64,000 nucleotides of DNA, from contig JAHAKU010000007.1 in assembly GCA_018371535.1 (NCBI GenBank), forward strand, positions 19,796 to 83,795, written 5' to 3'. Under the pieces are notes generated by a model. It did no database searches and was not told the DNA's origin. It saw only the letters and a list, made by a program, of their open reading frames with translations. The stretch's first letter is position 1. The number at the start of each line of letters is the position of its first letter. The DNA comes from Campylobacter concisus. GTDB taxonomy: Bacteria; Campylobacterota; Campylobacteria; Campylobacterales; Campylobacteraceae. The position numbers were made by a program, and so were the translations under genes. Of the stretch, positions 53,311 through 63,627 are shown piece after piece.

Positions 53311-54810
53311 ATGAGTTTTCGTATTAACACAAACGTAAACGCACTTAACACACACGCTAACGCAGTTAGCAACAACGTTGACCTATCTAAGTCACTTAAC
53401 AAACTTAGTTCTGGTCTTAGAATTCAAACAGCTGCAGATGACGCTTCAGGTCTATCTATCGCAGATAGCTTAAGAAGCCAAGCTTCAGCTCTAGGTCAAG
53501 CTATTGCAAATGGTAATGATGCTATTGGTATCATTCAAGTTGCCGACAAAGCTATGGACGAGCAGTTAAAAGTTCTTGACACTATCAAGACTAAAGCTAC
53601 TCAATCAGCTCAAGACGGCCAAACAACTCAATCACGCCAAGCATTGCAAGCTGATATCGTTCGTCTAATGGAGGAGCTTGACAATATCGGTAACACTACT
53701 TCATTTAACGGTCAGCAACTACTAAACGGAACATTCTCTAATAAAGAGTTCCAAATAGGTGCTTATTCAAACCAAACTGTTAAAGCAAGTATTGGTGCGA
53801 CTACATCTGACAAGATCGGTCTTACACGTTTTGAGAGTTCAAAACTACTAACTGGTACAGATAAAGTTACCCTTAAATTCTTAAGCGTTGATGGTGTAAA
53901 TGATGTTAGTATAGCTTCTACTAAGATATCAACTGGTCTTGGAACTGGTGTTGGTAAATTAGCTGAAAATATCAACAAAACATCTGATAAGACAGGCATT
54001 AGAGCTACATTTGATGTAACTAGAACTATGTCAACTTCTATAGTAAGCGTATCTATCAAAAGCTTTAAAATCAACGGCGTTAAAATCGGCGACCTTGATG
54101 TAAAAGAAAACGATAGCAACGGCGCGTTGGTAAATGCGATCAACGCTGTTAAAGATCAAACAGGTGTTGAAGCTTCTATCAATACAGAAGGCAAAATGGT
54201 TCTAACAAGCCGTGACGGTCGTGCGTTTAGTGTTTCAGGTGATAATATCTCAAAAGCAATCGGTATGAAAAAAGACCAAGTTTTCGTTGGTCGTATCAAC
54301 CTTGTTCGCCTTGATGGTAGAGATATCAAACTATCTGCAAAAGGCGCAGCTGCCGGTGATGCTCTAAAACTAGAGTCAGAAGCTTTCTCAGCAAAAGGTG
54401 GTGCTCAAGCTTCAGTTGCTTTAAGAGATGTAAGAGGTCAAATAGACGGCAAACTAGCTAGTGCTATGGGCTTCCAAAGAATGACTAAAGTGCTTACAGT
54501 AGCTCAATCAGCTGGTGTAATGACACTAAAAGGCGCAATGGCTGTTATGGACATCGCTGAGTCAGCTCAAAAAACACTTGATCAAGTTCGTTCAGACCTT
54601 GGTTCAGTTCAAAACCAACTTCAAGCTACAGTTAACAACATAACTGTAACTCAAGTTAACGTAAAATCAGCAGAATCACAAATCAGGGACGTAGATTTTG
54701 CTAGCGAGTCTGCTAACTTCTCAAAACATAACATCCTAGCTCAATCAGGTGCTTATGCTATGAGTCAAGCAAACAGCGTACAGCAAAACGTAATGAAACT
54801 TCTACAATAA
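53311..54810 (+). CDS. flagellin
   Basis: 499 aa; conserved N-terminal ([13 protein letters not shown]…) and C-terminal (…QQNVMKLLQ) flagellin domains. Confidence 0.9.
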   Translation: MSFRINTNVNALNTHANAVSNNVDLSKSLNKLSSGLRIQTAADDASGLSIADSLRSQASALGQAIANGNDAIGIIQVADKAMDEQLKVLDTIKTKATQSAQDGQTTQSRQALQADIVRLMEELDNIGNTTSFNGQQLLNGTFSNKEFQIGAYSNQTVKASIGATTSDKIGLTRFESSKLLTGTDKVTLKFLSVDGVNDVSIASTKISTGLGTGVGKLAENINKTSDKTGIRATFDVTRTMSTSIVSVSIKSFKINGVKIGDLDVKENDSNGALVNAINAVKDQTGVEASINTEGKMVLTSRDGRAFSVSGDNISKAIGMKKDQVFVGRINLVRLDGRDIKLSAKGAAAGDALKLESEAFSAKGGAQASVALRDVRGQIDGKLASAMGFQRMTKVLTVAQSAGVMTLKGAMAVMDIAESAQKTLDQVRSDLGSVQNQLQATVNNITVTQVNVKSAESQIRDVDFASESANFSKHNILAQSGAYAMSQANSVQQNVMKLLQ

Positions 54811-54902
54811 CGTAGCTAGTTAAATTAAGTTTTCAATAGAGGCTTTGTTGCAGTAGCGAAGCCTCAAATGTGTTAATGCTTTTACAATACGCAAACCCCC
54901 AG

Positions 54903-54927
54903 CCCCAAAGCTAGTCTTTGGGGTTTT
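54903..54927 (+). terminator. Rho-independent terminator of the flagellin gene
   Basis: CCCCAAAG-ctagt-CTTTGGGG stem-loop followed by TTTT. Confidence 0.6.
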
Positions 54928-55086
54928 AGATATTTTTCCATATTAAGTTAAATTGTAAAAATAGAAAAATTATAGATAGCAAGCTCTTGCTTGGTAAAAT
55001 TTAGTATGAAAAAAGTGCGTATTAAAAGCGATATATAAATTTATCTAGCTTAGACTAGATAAATTTATACTATTTTATTTAGATTT

Positions 55087-55857
55087 TTATATACTAAAAC
55101 CATCATCAACTACGATATTTTGTCCATTTACATATTTTGAAGAATCGCTTAGCAGATACACCAAAGCCCCGCATATATCATTTGCATCAAGCATGCCTTT
55201 TGTACCACATCTCTTTTTATATTGGCTTAAAAATGGCTCAGGCTGTCCATCTAAGATACCTCCAGGACTTATGGCATTTACGCGGATATTATCTTTTTTA
55301 AACATCTTTGCCATATATTTTGTCATACCAAGAAGGCCATGTTTTACAACTGTATATTCAACTGGAGAGTGCATATTTGTCCCCTCATATGTCTCAAAAG
55401 CAGGGGCTCCGATACCTTGAATGGATGAGATGTTTATGATATTACCATAACCTTGTTCCAAGAAGTACTTGATGAAATTTTGCGAGATATTAAAGTATCC
55501 GCCAAGATGTAAATTTAAAAAATCATTAAAATCATCCATGTCGATCTCAAAAAATTTCTTACCGTAATTTTTACTTTTTGGATAGGCGTTATTCACTAGT
55601 GCATCTATGTGACCATATTTTGAGTGCAAGAAATTTATAGCCTCATTAATAGAATTTGCATCACCGATATCAATTTGCAAAACCTCGATCCTTGCATCTT
55701 TTTGCGAGCTTGTAATCTCATCTTTTAATAAATTTGCTCTTTTTGTATCGACCTCTGCTATCACACCAACTCCGTTTTGGCCAGCAATCGCTCTTATAAA
55801 AGCGCTTCCTATCCTACCAGCTCCCCCTGTAACTACTACAACCTTATCTGTTAGCAT
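55087..55857 (-). CDS. SDR-family oxidoreductase (PtmA-like) of the nonulosonic-acid cluster
   Basis: 256 aa; TGGAGRIG Rossmann motif and catalytic YxxxK. Confidence 0.7.
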   Translation of the reverse strand: MLTDKVVVVTGGAGRIGSAFIRAIAGQNGVGVIAEVDTKRANLLKDEITSSQKDARIEVLQIDIGDANSINEAINFLHSKYGHIDALVNNAYPKSKNYGKKFFEIDMDDFNDFLNLHLGGYFNISQNFIKYFLEQGYGNIINISSIQGIGAPAFETYEGTNMHSPVEYTVVKHGLLGMTKYMAKMFKKDNIRVNAISPGGILDGQPEPFLSQYKKRCGTKGMLDANDICGALVYLLSDSSKYVNGQNIVVDDGFSI

Positions 55858-56551
55858 TTTTTTCCTTCATTAAAAACTCTACAAATTTAAAATCAAGCTC
55901 ACAATCTATATCGATCGATCTATCTTCATCCATCACATAAAGTCCGGTTTTTGATAAAAATAAAGTGTCATTATTTAGCAAAACTTCACGCTTCCAGATG
56001 TAAATAGAAGCGTTCATATCATAAGTCTTTGGTGCATCTTGACGGCATAAAATAGCATTTGGTAAAGTTTTTGCTAGCGCTACATGTCCATCTGGATAAA
56101 TTTCAACTAAATTAAAATATGGACTTCTTCTGCTTGGCATAGCGGTTATTAAGTTGTCATTATCATCACGCAAAAACTGCTCAAAAGAATTTGTTATATC
56201 GCTTACATCACGAAGTGGAGATGTAGCATCAAGGTCGATTTCGTAGTCAAATTTACGTCCATAATGTTCCTCACTCTTTAAAAAAACATCTTTTATAACA
56301 TCAAGCTTTCCTGCTGTATCACTAGCCATAGTAGCATCTCTTTTAAAAAAGACCTCCGCACCGTACTTTACAGCTGCTTCTGCTATCAGGTCGCTATCTG
56401 TGCTAATAACTATATGTTCAAACAAATTTGATGCTATTGCCTGCTCTATGGTGTGAGCTATAAGTGGCTTGCCGCAAAGCTCGCGCACATTTTTGCCCTT
56501 TACTCCCTTACTACCGCCTCTTGCGCATATCGTACATAAAACATTACTCAT
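55844..56551 (-). CDS. acylneuraminate (CMP-nonulosonic acid) cytidylyltransferase
   Basis: 235 aa; N-terminal motif CTICARGGSKGVKGKN. Confidence 0.75.
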   Translation of the reverse strand: MSNVLCTICARGGSKGVKGKNVRELCGKPLIAHTIEQAIASNLFEHIVISTDSDLIAEAAVKYGAEVFFKRDATMASDTAGKLDVIKDVFLKSEEHYGRKFDYEIDLDATSPLRDVSDITNSFEQFLRDDNDNLITAMPSRRSPYFNLVEIYPDGHVALAKTLPNAILCRQDAPKTYDMNASIYIWKREVLLNNDTLFLSKTGLYVMDEDRSIDIDCELDFKFVEFLMKEKNANR

Positions 56552-57446
56552 TGTTTTGCCTTTGAATTTGATCTATCGCGTCCATCACATCTAGCCCCTC
56601 ATCAAAGCTACAAATATATTTTTGCTCACCCAAAACATCTTTATGCATAGCTAAAAACATCTCGTTTCTTGCCAAATTTGGCATATTTAAAATTTGCTTA
56701 CTACTATCTTGCTTAGTAAGTGTGCCTGCCATAAAGTCAAGCTCATATGTAGAGCCTTCGCACTCCACACGCAAGCTTCTATGTGTGATATGGCTTAGAT
56801 AGTCAATGCTTACATTTACTATGGCATCCATTTTTGTCTTACCAAAAATCATACATAGATCATCGCTTGTTATCTCTAAATTTGAAATTTTACCTTGAAA
56901 GCTCATTAGGTTTTCAAATTTGCCACATAACCACATAGCATAGTCTAGCTCATGGCTAAGATCTAGCAAGACGCCACCACCTTTTTCTTTGCTAGCACTA
57001 TAGCATCTTCTATAATCGCCACTTCGCCAGCCTGGTAGATATTGACCACAATTAGCATTTAGATATAAAATTTTCTCGTTTTCTAAAAACTCTTTTAGCT
57101 GTTGCAACAATGGATGAAACCTCAGTACATAACCTAGAAAAATTTTATTATTTTTGGGCGTGAATTTATATTTTTTTTCAAATAATGGCTTTTCACAAAG
57201 TATGATCTTGCCGCTCACTCTTTCATCTATAAATTTCAAATTTTCTAGATGTAAAAATGTGGGAGTTGCTATGACGAAGTAGTCAAACTTGTCTAAATTT
57301 GAGACCTCTTCTAAGTTTTTATAGCACACTTTACCAGCCATATCCTGGCTAGTAACTAGGCAAATTTCATCTATCTGTACTAAAGTCTCTAAGACCTCGC
57401 AGTGTCTTTTGCCGATTGAACCGTAGCCTATAACAAGAGCTTTCAT
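56544..57446 (-). CDS. Gfo/Idh/MocA-family oxidoreductase
   Basis: 300 aa; N-terminal NAD-binding GYGSIGKRH. Confidence 0.65.
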   Translation of the reverse strand: MKALVIGYGSIGKRHCEVLETLVQIDEICLVTSQDMAGKVCYKNLEEVSNLDKFDYFVIATPTFLHLENLKFIDERVSGKIILCEKPLFEKKYKFTPKNNKIFLGYVLRFHPLLQQLKEFLENEKILYLNANCGQYLPGWRSGDYRRCYSASKEKGGGVLLDLSHELDYAMWLCGKFENLMSFQGKISNLEITSDDLCMIFGKTKMDAIVNVSIDYLSHITHRSLRVECEGSTYELDFMAGTLTKQDSSKQILNMPNLARNEMFLAMHKDVLGEQKYICSFDEGLDVMDAIDQIQRQNNE

Positions 57447-57459
57447 CTAAAATAGCTCA

Positions 57460-58506
57460 CTAAAATATCTTTGCATATTCTTCATTTGCCTTTTGATACT
57501 CTTCAAGACGTCCTATGTCTATCCAATACTCATGTATCGGAAAGGAGATTACATTTTTGTCTTGAGCTATCGCCTTTTCAAAGAGTGTAGGCATATCATA
57601 AAACTCATCTTGTGGAATAAGATCTAAAATTTCAGGTGAGAGCATATATATCCCAGCACTTACAAAAAATTTCTGCACTGGTTTTTCTGCAATAGCAGTT
57701 ATTTTATTATCATTCATCTTTACCACGCCGTAAGGTACCTCATAGTCGTACTCTCTGACGCACATTGTAGCTGTGGCTTTATGTAGCGTGTGATAGTTAA
57801 AAATGTGCTCGAAATTTACATTTGTAAGAAGATCGCCGTTCATAACAAAAAATGGCTCACTTGGACGCTCTTTTAGCAAGCTTAACGCCCCTGCTGTACC
57901 CATCCTTTTTTGCTCTAAAACATAGTCGATATTTACGCCAAATTCTTTTCCGTCGCCAAAATAGTCCCTAATGATACTTGCATTAAAATTTACACACATC
58001 GTGATATTTACAAAGCCATACTCTGCAAATTTCTCGACTATCGTCTGAAGGATCGGCTTGTTTCCAACCTTTAGCATCGGCTTTGGCGTATCTTGCGTGA
58101 GTGGTCTAAGTCTAGTGCCAAGGCCTCCTACCATTAGGATAACTCTATTTGTCTTGCCAACTGGCTTAATAATATCTTCTATGTCTTCTATACCTACAAG
58201 CTTGCCAAGCTCGTCAACCAATGGAATTTTATGAAGTTTTTTAGCAAGTGCTATCTTTAAAATAGACTCTTTAGTATCACCGACACTTGCTATACTTGGG
58301 CTCTTATGTACTACGAGGCTGACGCTACTGTTTAGGTCTAGGCCATTTAGCAAACCACGTCTTATGTCGCCATCTGTTACCGTACCTACTAGAGCGTCGT
58401 TTTCATCAACAACGATGGCGATTTGAAGCCCTCCGTTGTTGATAGTCTGCAAGGCATCTTTAATGGTTGAATTTATACTTAGTTTTATATCATTTACTAT
58501 TCTCAT
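57460..58506 (-). CDS. CBS-domain sugar-phosphate nucleotidyltransferase (PtmE-like)
   Basis: 348 aa; N-terminal CBS pair followed by nucleotidyltransferase G-loop (MVGGLGTRLRPLT). Confidence 0.7.
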   Translation of the reverse strand: MRIVNDIKLSINSTIKDALQTINNGGLQIAIVVDENDALVGTVTDGDIRRGLLNGLDLNSSVSLVVHKSPSIASVGDTKESILKIALAKKLHKIPLVDELGKLVGIEDIEDIIKPVGKTNRVILMVGGLGTRLRPLTQDTPKPMLKVGNKPILQTIVEKFAEYGFVNITMCVNFNASIIRDYFGDGKEFGVNIDYVLEQKRMGTAGALSLLKERPSEPFFVMNGDLLTNVNFEHIFNYHTLHKATATMCVREYDYEVPYGVVKMNDNKITAIAEKPVQKFFVSAGIYMLSPEILDLIPQDEFYDMPTLFEKAIAQDKNVISFPIHEYWIDIGRLEEYQKANEEYAKIF

Positions 58507-59663
58507 TTTAAACCTATATCATAAAATTTCTTTTTCAAAATACCATCAAGCTTGATCTCTTTTAAAATTTTAACCATTTTTTTGCTTGGATTGCCACCAT
58601 CATAAGGGTTGATCGTATCTTTTAAAGTTTGTTCAAATTCTTTTGAATACGCTCTTTTGATAGCAGCTAAAATTTCTTCTTTAACAGGCATAACGTCTAT
58701 CACGCTGCTAGCTCGAGCACGTCCTTTTTGGCGATCACCTATATTTATGGTGGCCTTTTTAAAGCTTGGAACTTCCAAAAGGCCACTTGAGCTATTTCCT
58801 AAAACAATATCAACAAATTTTATCGCGCTTAGGTATCTTAGCTGTCCAAGCGATGCAAAAGCCACTGCTTTTTGTGAGTTTTCGCTCACATACTCATCTA
58901 TCATTTTATTTATCACATCGCCATCTGTATCGCTATTTGCTTTTGTGAAGATAAAATTTGTTTCCTCTAGTTCATCAAGTGCTTTTAAGATCTCACCAAA
59001 CTGCTCTCTTGCACTACTATTTTCAAGTGTCACCGGATGAAAAGTGATGAGGATATTTTTTTTAGCAAGCTTAAATTTTATAGACTTTTCAAACTCATCT
59101 TTGTTTAATAAATTTAGCTTTTTTATATTTTCTATGCCAGGGCCGCCGACATTAAATACTCTACTGGGCTCTTCGCCAAGCTGGATTATGCGGTTTGCAT
59201 ACTCATTTGTGGCTGCAAAATGTATATGGCTCATCTTTGTTATACTGTGCCTAAAAGCCTCGTCAAATGCTCCTTGTGTGGTCTCGCCGCCATGGATATG
59301 CGCTATTGGTATCTGCATGATACTAGCGACACCTGCTACACCAAATATCTCATATCTATCACCAAGAAGCACTAGTATATCAGGCTTAAGCTCAGCTAAT
59401 GCTGGAGCAAATTTTTCATAAACTATTGCCATCTCAGCGCAAATATCAAGACTTGTATGAGAACTACTTAAAATTTCTATCTTTTTATCTATCTTAAATT
59501 CTTTTTCTATCTCTTTGTATGTTAGTCCAAACTCAGGACTTAGGTGCATGCCAGTAACAATAAACTGAAGCTTAAGCTCACTATCTGCCTCGATCTCTTT
59601 TAAGAGCCAGTAAAGCAGGCCATATTCAGCTCTGGTGCTTGTCACTACACAAATTTTTCTCAT
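58503..59663 (-). CDS. UDP-N-acetylglucosamine 2-epimerase (hydrolysing), NeuC/LegG-like
   Basis: 386 aa; NeuC family (MRKICVVTSTRAEYG…). Confidence 0.8.
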   Translation of the reverse strand: MRKICVVTSTRAEYGLLYWLLKEIEADSELKLQFIVTGMHLSPEFGLTYKEIEKEFKIDKKIEILSSSHTSLDICAEMAIVYEKFAPALAELKPDILVLLGDRYEIFGVAGVASIMQIPIAHIHGGETTQGAFDEAFRHSITKMSHIHFAATNEYANRIIQLGEEPSRVFNVGGPGIENIKKLNLLNKDEFEKSIKFKLAKKNILITFHPVTLENSSAREQFGEILKALDELEETNFIFTKANSDTDGDVINKMIDEYVSENSQKAVAFASLGQLRYLSAIKFVDIVLGNSSSGLLEVPSFKKATINIGDRQKGRARASSVIDVMPVKEEILAAIKRAYSKEFEQTLKDTINPYDGGNPSKKMVKILKEIKLDGILKKKFYDIGLK

Positions 59664-60664
59664 ATCAGTTCATCTTGTTTATAGTCTTTTTGTGAAATTT
59701 GCCCGATTACCTCATCCCACCTCATAGGATTTATGCCGTCTCCTGGACGTTTTACGCAGATATTTTGCTCGCTAAAAATTTCACCCTTTTTTATATCTCG
59801 TTTTGCCACGATAGACTTTCTAGCTATTTTGATATTTTCACTTTCGCTTTTGCTAAAGTGTTTTAGTCCGTCTCCAAGCGCTAGTTCGATATTTCTAATG
59901 CCCCTAATCATAGCCGTTAGCTCGTCTGGCTCAAGACTAGCCTTGTGATCAGGTCCAGGCAGGCTCTTATCAAGCGTAAAGTGCTTTTCTATGATCTTTG
60001 CGCCCATGGCAACCGCTGCGATATCAACCTCGATACCAAGCGTATGATCGCTATATCCGACCTCAAGCCCAAAGGCATTTTTAAGAGTTATCATCGCCTT
60101 TAAATTTACATCCTTCATCGGCGTTGGGTACTGCGTATTTGCATGTAGAAGGCTTATGTTTTCACGTTTCGTGCCACTTTTTACAAGCGCTTCTATCGCA
60201 GCTTCCACCTCGCCTAAATTTGTCATGCCAGTTGAGAGAATGATCTTTTTATTAAGCCCACCTATCTGCCTAAGATAAGGTAAATTTGTTATCTCGCCAC
60301 TTGGGATCTTAAATGTGCTAAGCCCCAACTCATCAAGAAGCTTTATGCTGTCGCTATCAAAAGGAGTTGAGAGAAAAGTGATATTTTTTTGCTTGCAGTA
60401 GGCTATAAGCTCTTTATGCGTGTTCTCATCTAGCTCAAGCTTTTTTATCATCTCAAACTGGCTTTCATTTTTATCGGTAGTTTCTTTTTGATAGCTAGCC
60501 TTTTGCGCGTTTTTTGAAACAAGATTTTGAGCCTTAAAAGTCTGAAATTTCACCGCATCAGCGCCAGCTTTGGCTGCCACATCGATCAGTTTTTTAGCTA
60601 AATTTATATCGCCATTGTGATTTACCCCAGCCTCAGCTATGATAAAAACTCTATTTGACATCAA
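59660..60664 (-). CDS. nonulosonic acid (N-acetylneuraminate/legionaminate) synthase, NeuB-like
   Basis: 334 aa; NeuB TIM-barrel plus C-terminal antifreeze-like (SAF) domain. Confidence 0.85.
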   Translation of the reverse strand: MMSNRVFIIAEAGVNHNGDINLAKKLIDVAAKAGADAVKFQTFKAQNLVSKNAQKASYQKETTDKNESQFEMIKKLELDENTHKELIAYCKQKNITFLSTPFDSDSIKLLDELGLSTFKIPSGEITNLPYLRQIGGLNKKIILSTGMTNLGEVEAAIEALVKSGTKRENISLLHANTQYPTPMKDVNLKAMITLKNAFGLEVGYSDHTLGIEVDIAAVAMGAKIIEKHFTLDKSLPGPDHKASLEPDELTAMIRGIRNIELALGDGLKHFSKSESENIKIARKSIVAKRDIKKGEIFSEQNICVKRPGDGINPMRWDEVIGQISQKDYKQDELI

Positions 60665-60685
60665 ATTTCCTTTAAAATGCTAGTT

Positions 60686-61297
60686 TTACGCCTTTATAAA
60701 AGCGTTTTTCTCCAAGCTTCTCATCACCCTAGTTCCGCCACCTATGATAGAATTTTCGCCTATCACGATATACTCTTTGCTGGTTGCATTGCTACCAAAA
60801 AATGTCCCATCCTGCACGACAACGCCACCATTTACCACACTTACTGTTGAGATATGGCAGTGATCGCCGATAGTTGCGTCATGCTCCACAAGCGCCTTTG
60901 TGTTTATGATACAGTTTTTACCGACACATGCGCCAGCGTTGATCAAGGCATGATGCATCACGACCGTTCCCTCACCTACACTTGCATGCTTCGAGATATA
61001 CGCAAGCGGAGAGATGATGGCTGGAAGGTAAAAACCTATCTCTTTTAGTAGTGCAAACAGCCTTTTTCTAGGCTCACTACTTTTTATCTGCCCAACCGTC
61101 ACCACAGCATTTTTGCATGATATAAAAACCTCAGCCAGATCATCATCGCTACCGATGATCTCATAGCCAAGCACCTTTTTGCCAATATTTTCTGCTGTAT
61201 CTATGATACCAATTATATTAAATTTAGCTTCGCTCTCGATGACATCTATCACACTTTTGCAGTGCCCGCCACCACCTACTAAAACTATATCTTGCAC
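60686..61297 (-). CDS. hexapeptide-repeat sugar N-acetyltransferase (NeuD/PglD/LegH-like)
   Basis: 203 aa; left-handed beta-helix hexapeptide repeats. Confidence 0.7.
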   Translation of the reverse strand: MQDIVLVGGGGHCKSVIDVIESEAKFNIIGIIDTAENIGKKVLGYEIIGSDDDLAEVFISCKNAVVTVGQIKSSEPRKRLFALLKEIGFYLPAIISPLAYISKHASVGEGTVVMHHALINAGACVGKNCIINTKALVEHDATIGDHCHISTVSVVNGGVVVQDGTFFGSNATSKEYIVIGENSIIGGGTRVMRSLEKNAFIKA

Positions 61298-61299
61298 GG

Positions 61300-62451
61300 C
61301 TAAACTCTTGCACTACTTGGGATATTTACTATCCTATCGCTTAGAAATTTAGCGTTTTTTAGCTCATCTCTTTGGCAGTCTTTAAACATATCAAGCTCGT
61401 TCATAAGCTGCCAGATAGGACGCGTAAAAACGCCATTTTCATTGCTAAATTTCAAAAACTCATCTCTCTTTTCACGGCTTTCAAAGAGCACCGCATTTAG
61501 CCAAAAATTTGACCTAGCTTCCGCTGGCTCATCTATAAATTTCACATCATCAAATTTAGAAAAATACTCTTTATAGATCATCGCAAGCTCGCGTTTGCTC
61601 TTTAAAAATAGCTCCAAATTTTCAAGCTGTGCCACAAGCAGAGCTGCATTTAAATTTGGCAAGCGGTAGTTGTAGCCGATCTCGCTATGACGATACTCAA
61701 AAGGATGTGGCACCTTGGCCGTTGTGGTGATAAATTTGGCGTGCTTTGCTATCTCCTCGTCGTTTGTGATGATAGCTCCGCCTCCTCCGCTTGTGACGAT
61801 CTTATTGCCATTAAAGCTCATCGCTGCAAGCTTGCCAAAATTCCCCGTATGAGTGCCTTTATAGTAGCTACCAAGGCTCTCGGCGCAGTCTTCTACTAAA
61901 GCGATGTTCCAACGCTTGCAGATTTCAGCTATCTCAACTATCTTGCAAGGCAGTCCAAAAGTGTGCATAGGCACGCAGGCTCGCACTATCCTGCCGCTAG
62001 TTTTATTTACACATTTGCCGCCTTTTAGCTCGCAGTTTTTCTCCAAAAATGTACTAAGTGACGCTGGCGACATACCAAGTGTATCAAGATCAACATCCAC
62101 GAAAACCGGCTTTGCAAAAAGGTAACTAATGGCGTTGCAAGTGGCTATAAAAGTAACTGGCTGGGTGATCACTTCGTCATTTTGCTCTACACCAGCTAGT
62201 TTTAGGCAGGTGTGAAGCGCAGAGGTGCCATTTGTCGTGGCAACTGCAAATTTAGCACCGACCATTTGAGCTAGCTTACTCTCAAACTCATCGACAAATT
62301 TGCCGACACTTGAGACAAAGCTAGAGTCGATACACTCAAGTAGATATTTTTTCTCATTGCCTATAAATTTAGGCTCGTGAAGCGGGACTTTGTCCTTACC
62401 AAAGGTGCTTTTTATAAATTTCAAAACCTCGTCAAAATCACATTTTTTCAT
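61300..62451 (-). CDS. DegT/DnrJ/EryC1/StrS-family PLP-dependent sugar aminotransferase (LegC/PglE-like)
   Basis: aminotransferase fold with PLP-lysine region; start more likely the internal Met (MKKCDF…) just downstream of the preceding gene rather than the extended ORF to 62517. Confidence 0.75.
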   Translation of the reverse strand: MKKCDFDEVLKFIKSTFGKDKVPLHEPKFIGNEKKYLLECIDSSFVSSVGKFVDEFESKLAQMVGAKFAVATTNGTSALHTCLKLAGVEQNDEVITQPVTFIATCNAISYLFAKPVFVDVDLDTLGMSPASLSTFLEKNCELKGGKCVNKTSGRIVRACVPMHTFGLPCKIVEIAEICKRWNIALVEDCAESLGSYYKGTHTGNFGKLAAMSFNGNKIVTSGGGGAIITNDEEIAKHAKFITTTAKVPHPFEYRHSEIGYNYRLPNLNAALLVAQLENLELFLKSKRELAMIYKEYFSKFDDVKFIDEPAEARSNFWLNAVLFESREKRDEFLKFSNENGVFTRPIWQLMNELDMFKDCQRDELKNAKFLSDRIVNIPSSARV

Positions 62452-63625
62452 CGAGATATTTTCCTGTTTCTTTATGCATAAAATTTGGTATGAGCTCGAA
62501 GACCTCGCGCAAAACATCCTCTTTGCTCCATGCTAAGCTTGATTTTAAATTTAAGATATTGTTTTTGAAAATTTCTAACTTTTTGCTGTCAAAATTTGCA
62601 TCATTTTTAACTATGCCGATATTTTGAAGCCTTTGCATATCAAGCCTCTCGCCATCAACGAAAAACTCCTCGTAGTCCTTCTCTCCAGTCGTGTCGCTAG
62701 GCGCAAAAAGACAAGGGTAAAAGCCATCTTTTGGAAGCACTTTGGCTAGCTTTCTAGCCTCCTCCTCATTTTCACACAAAAATGGCTCATAGCCTAAATT
62801 TGCTAAGTATCGCTTGGCTATCTCACTAAATGTTATGAGGTCTAAATTTTCATCTAATTTTGGGAAAAATATATCTCTATTTTCGCCAAAAATGGTGCTT
62901 AAAAGGCAGAGTTCACCGCTCTCTTTTGGCGTTAAAAAATAGCGTCTGACGTCGTTTGGAGCGACTATGGGCTGAGACTTTTCTATGCGCTTTTGAAAGC
63001 CAAAAAGAAGCGAGCCATCGCTAAATGCCACGTTTGCAAACCTGGCCATCGAGACGTCAATATTTAAAGAGTGCCTAAACGCAAACATCTCCATGATGCG
63101 CTTGCTAGCTCCCATTAAATTTACAGGGTTTGCGGCCTTGTCGGTGCTAACGCAGAAATATTTTTTTGACTTCATATCCGAAGCTTGAGCCAGCGTTTTA
63201 TCAGTGTTAAAGATGTTTGTTTCAAGCATCCTCATGAGTGTAAATGGGTCTTTTTCGCTTCTAACGTGCTTTAGCGCTGATAAATTTAAGACGTAGTCAA
63301 ATCCACCACTTTGCACCAAAAGTGCGTCAAATTCGGCACTTGCAACATCTATGGCAAAAGTTTTAAAGTCGCCACTTATATATCCAAACTCGCTTCTTAT
63401 GTCGCGCACTAGCTCAACAAGGTTGTTTTCAGAGATATCAACGACGTATAGTTTTTTGGGGTCTCTTATAAAGATCTCTTTTGTCACAGCAGAGCCTATA
63501 GATCCTGCCCCACCGATAACTAAAAAGCTTGAACTTGAAACTATCTCTTTTAGGTCTTTATCAAGTGCATTTATGTCATCTTCAAAGAGATTCTTCGTGC
63601 GTCCTATTAAGCTTAAGATATCCAT
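62438..63625 (-). CDS. nucleotide-sugar 4,6-dehydratase (CapD/PglF/LegB-like polysaccharide biosynthesis protein)
   Basis: 395 aa; Rossmann GGAGSIGS motif; CapD-like. Confidence 0.75.
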   Translation of the reverse strand: MDILSLIGRTKNLFEDDINALDKDLKEIVSSSSFLVIGGAGSIGSAVTKEIFIRDPKKLYVVDISENNLVELVRDIRSEFGYISGDFKTFAIDVASAEFDALLVQSGGFDYVLNLSALKHVRSEKDPFTLMRMLETNIFNTDKTLAQASDMKSKKYFCVSTDKAANPVNLMGASKRIMEMFAFRHSLNIDVSMARFANVAFSDGSLLFGFQKRIEKSQPIVAPNDVRRYFLTPKESGELCLLSTIFGENRDIFFPKLDENLDLITFSEIAKRYLANLGYEPFLCENEEEARKLAKVLPKDGFYPCLFAPSDTTGEKDYEEFFVDGERLDMQRLQNIGIVKNDANFDSKKLEIFKNNILNLKSSLAWSKEDVLREVFELIPNFMHKETGKYLDEKM

Positions 63626-63627
63626 TT

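Noticed and set aside
61300-62517. Extended N-terminus of the aminotransferase ORF overlapping the dehydratase gene by 80 nt
   Set aside because: An internal Met (MKKCDF) just downstream of the upstream gene's stop gives a conventional gene junction. The extension is probably not translated.
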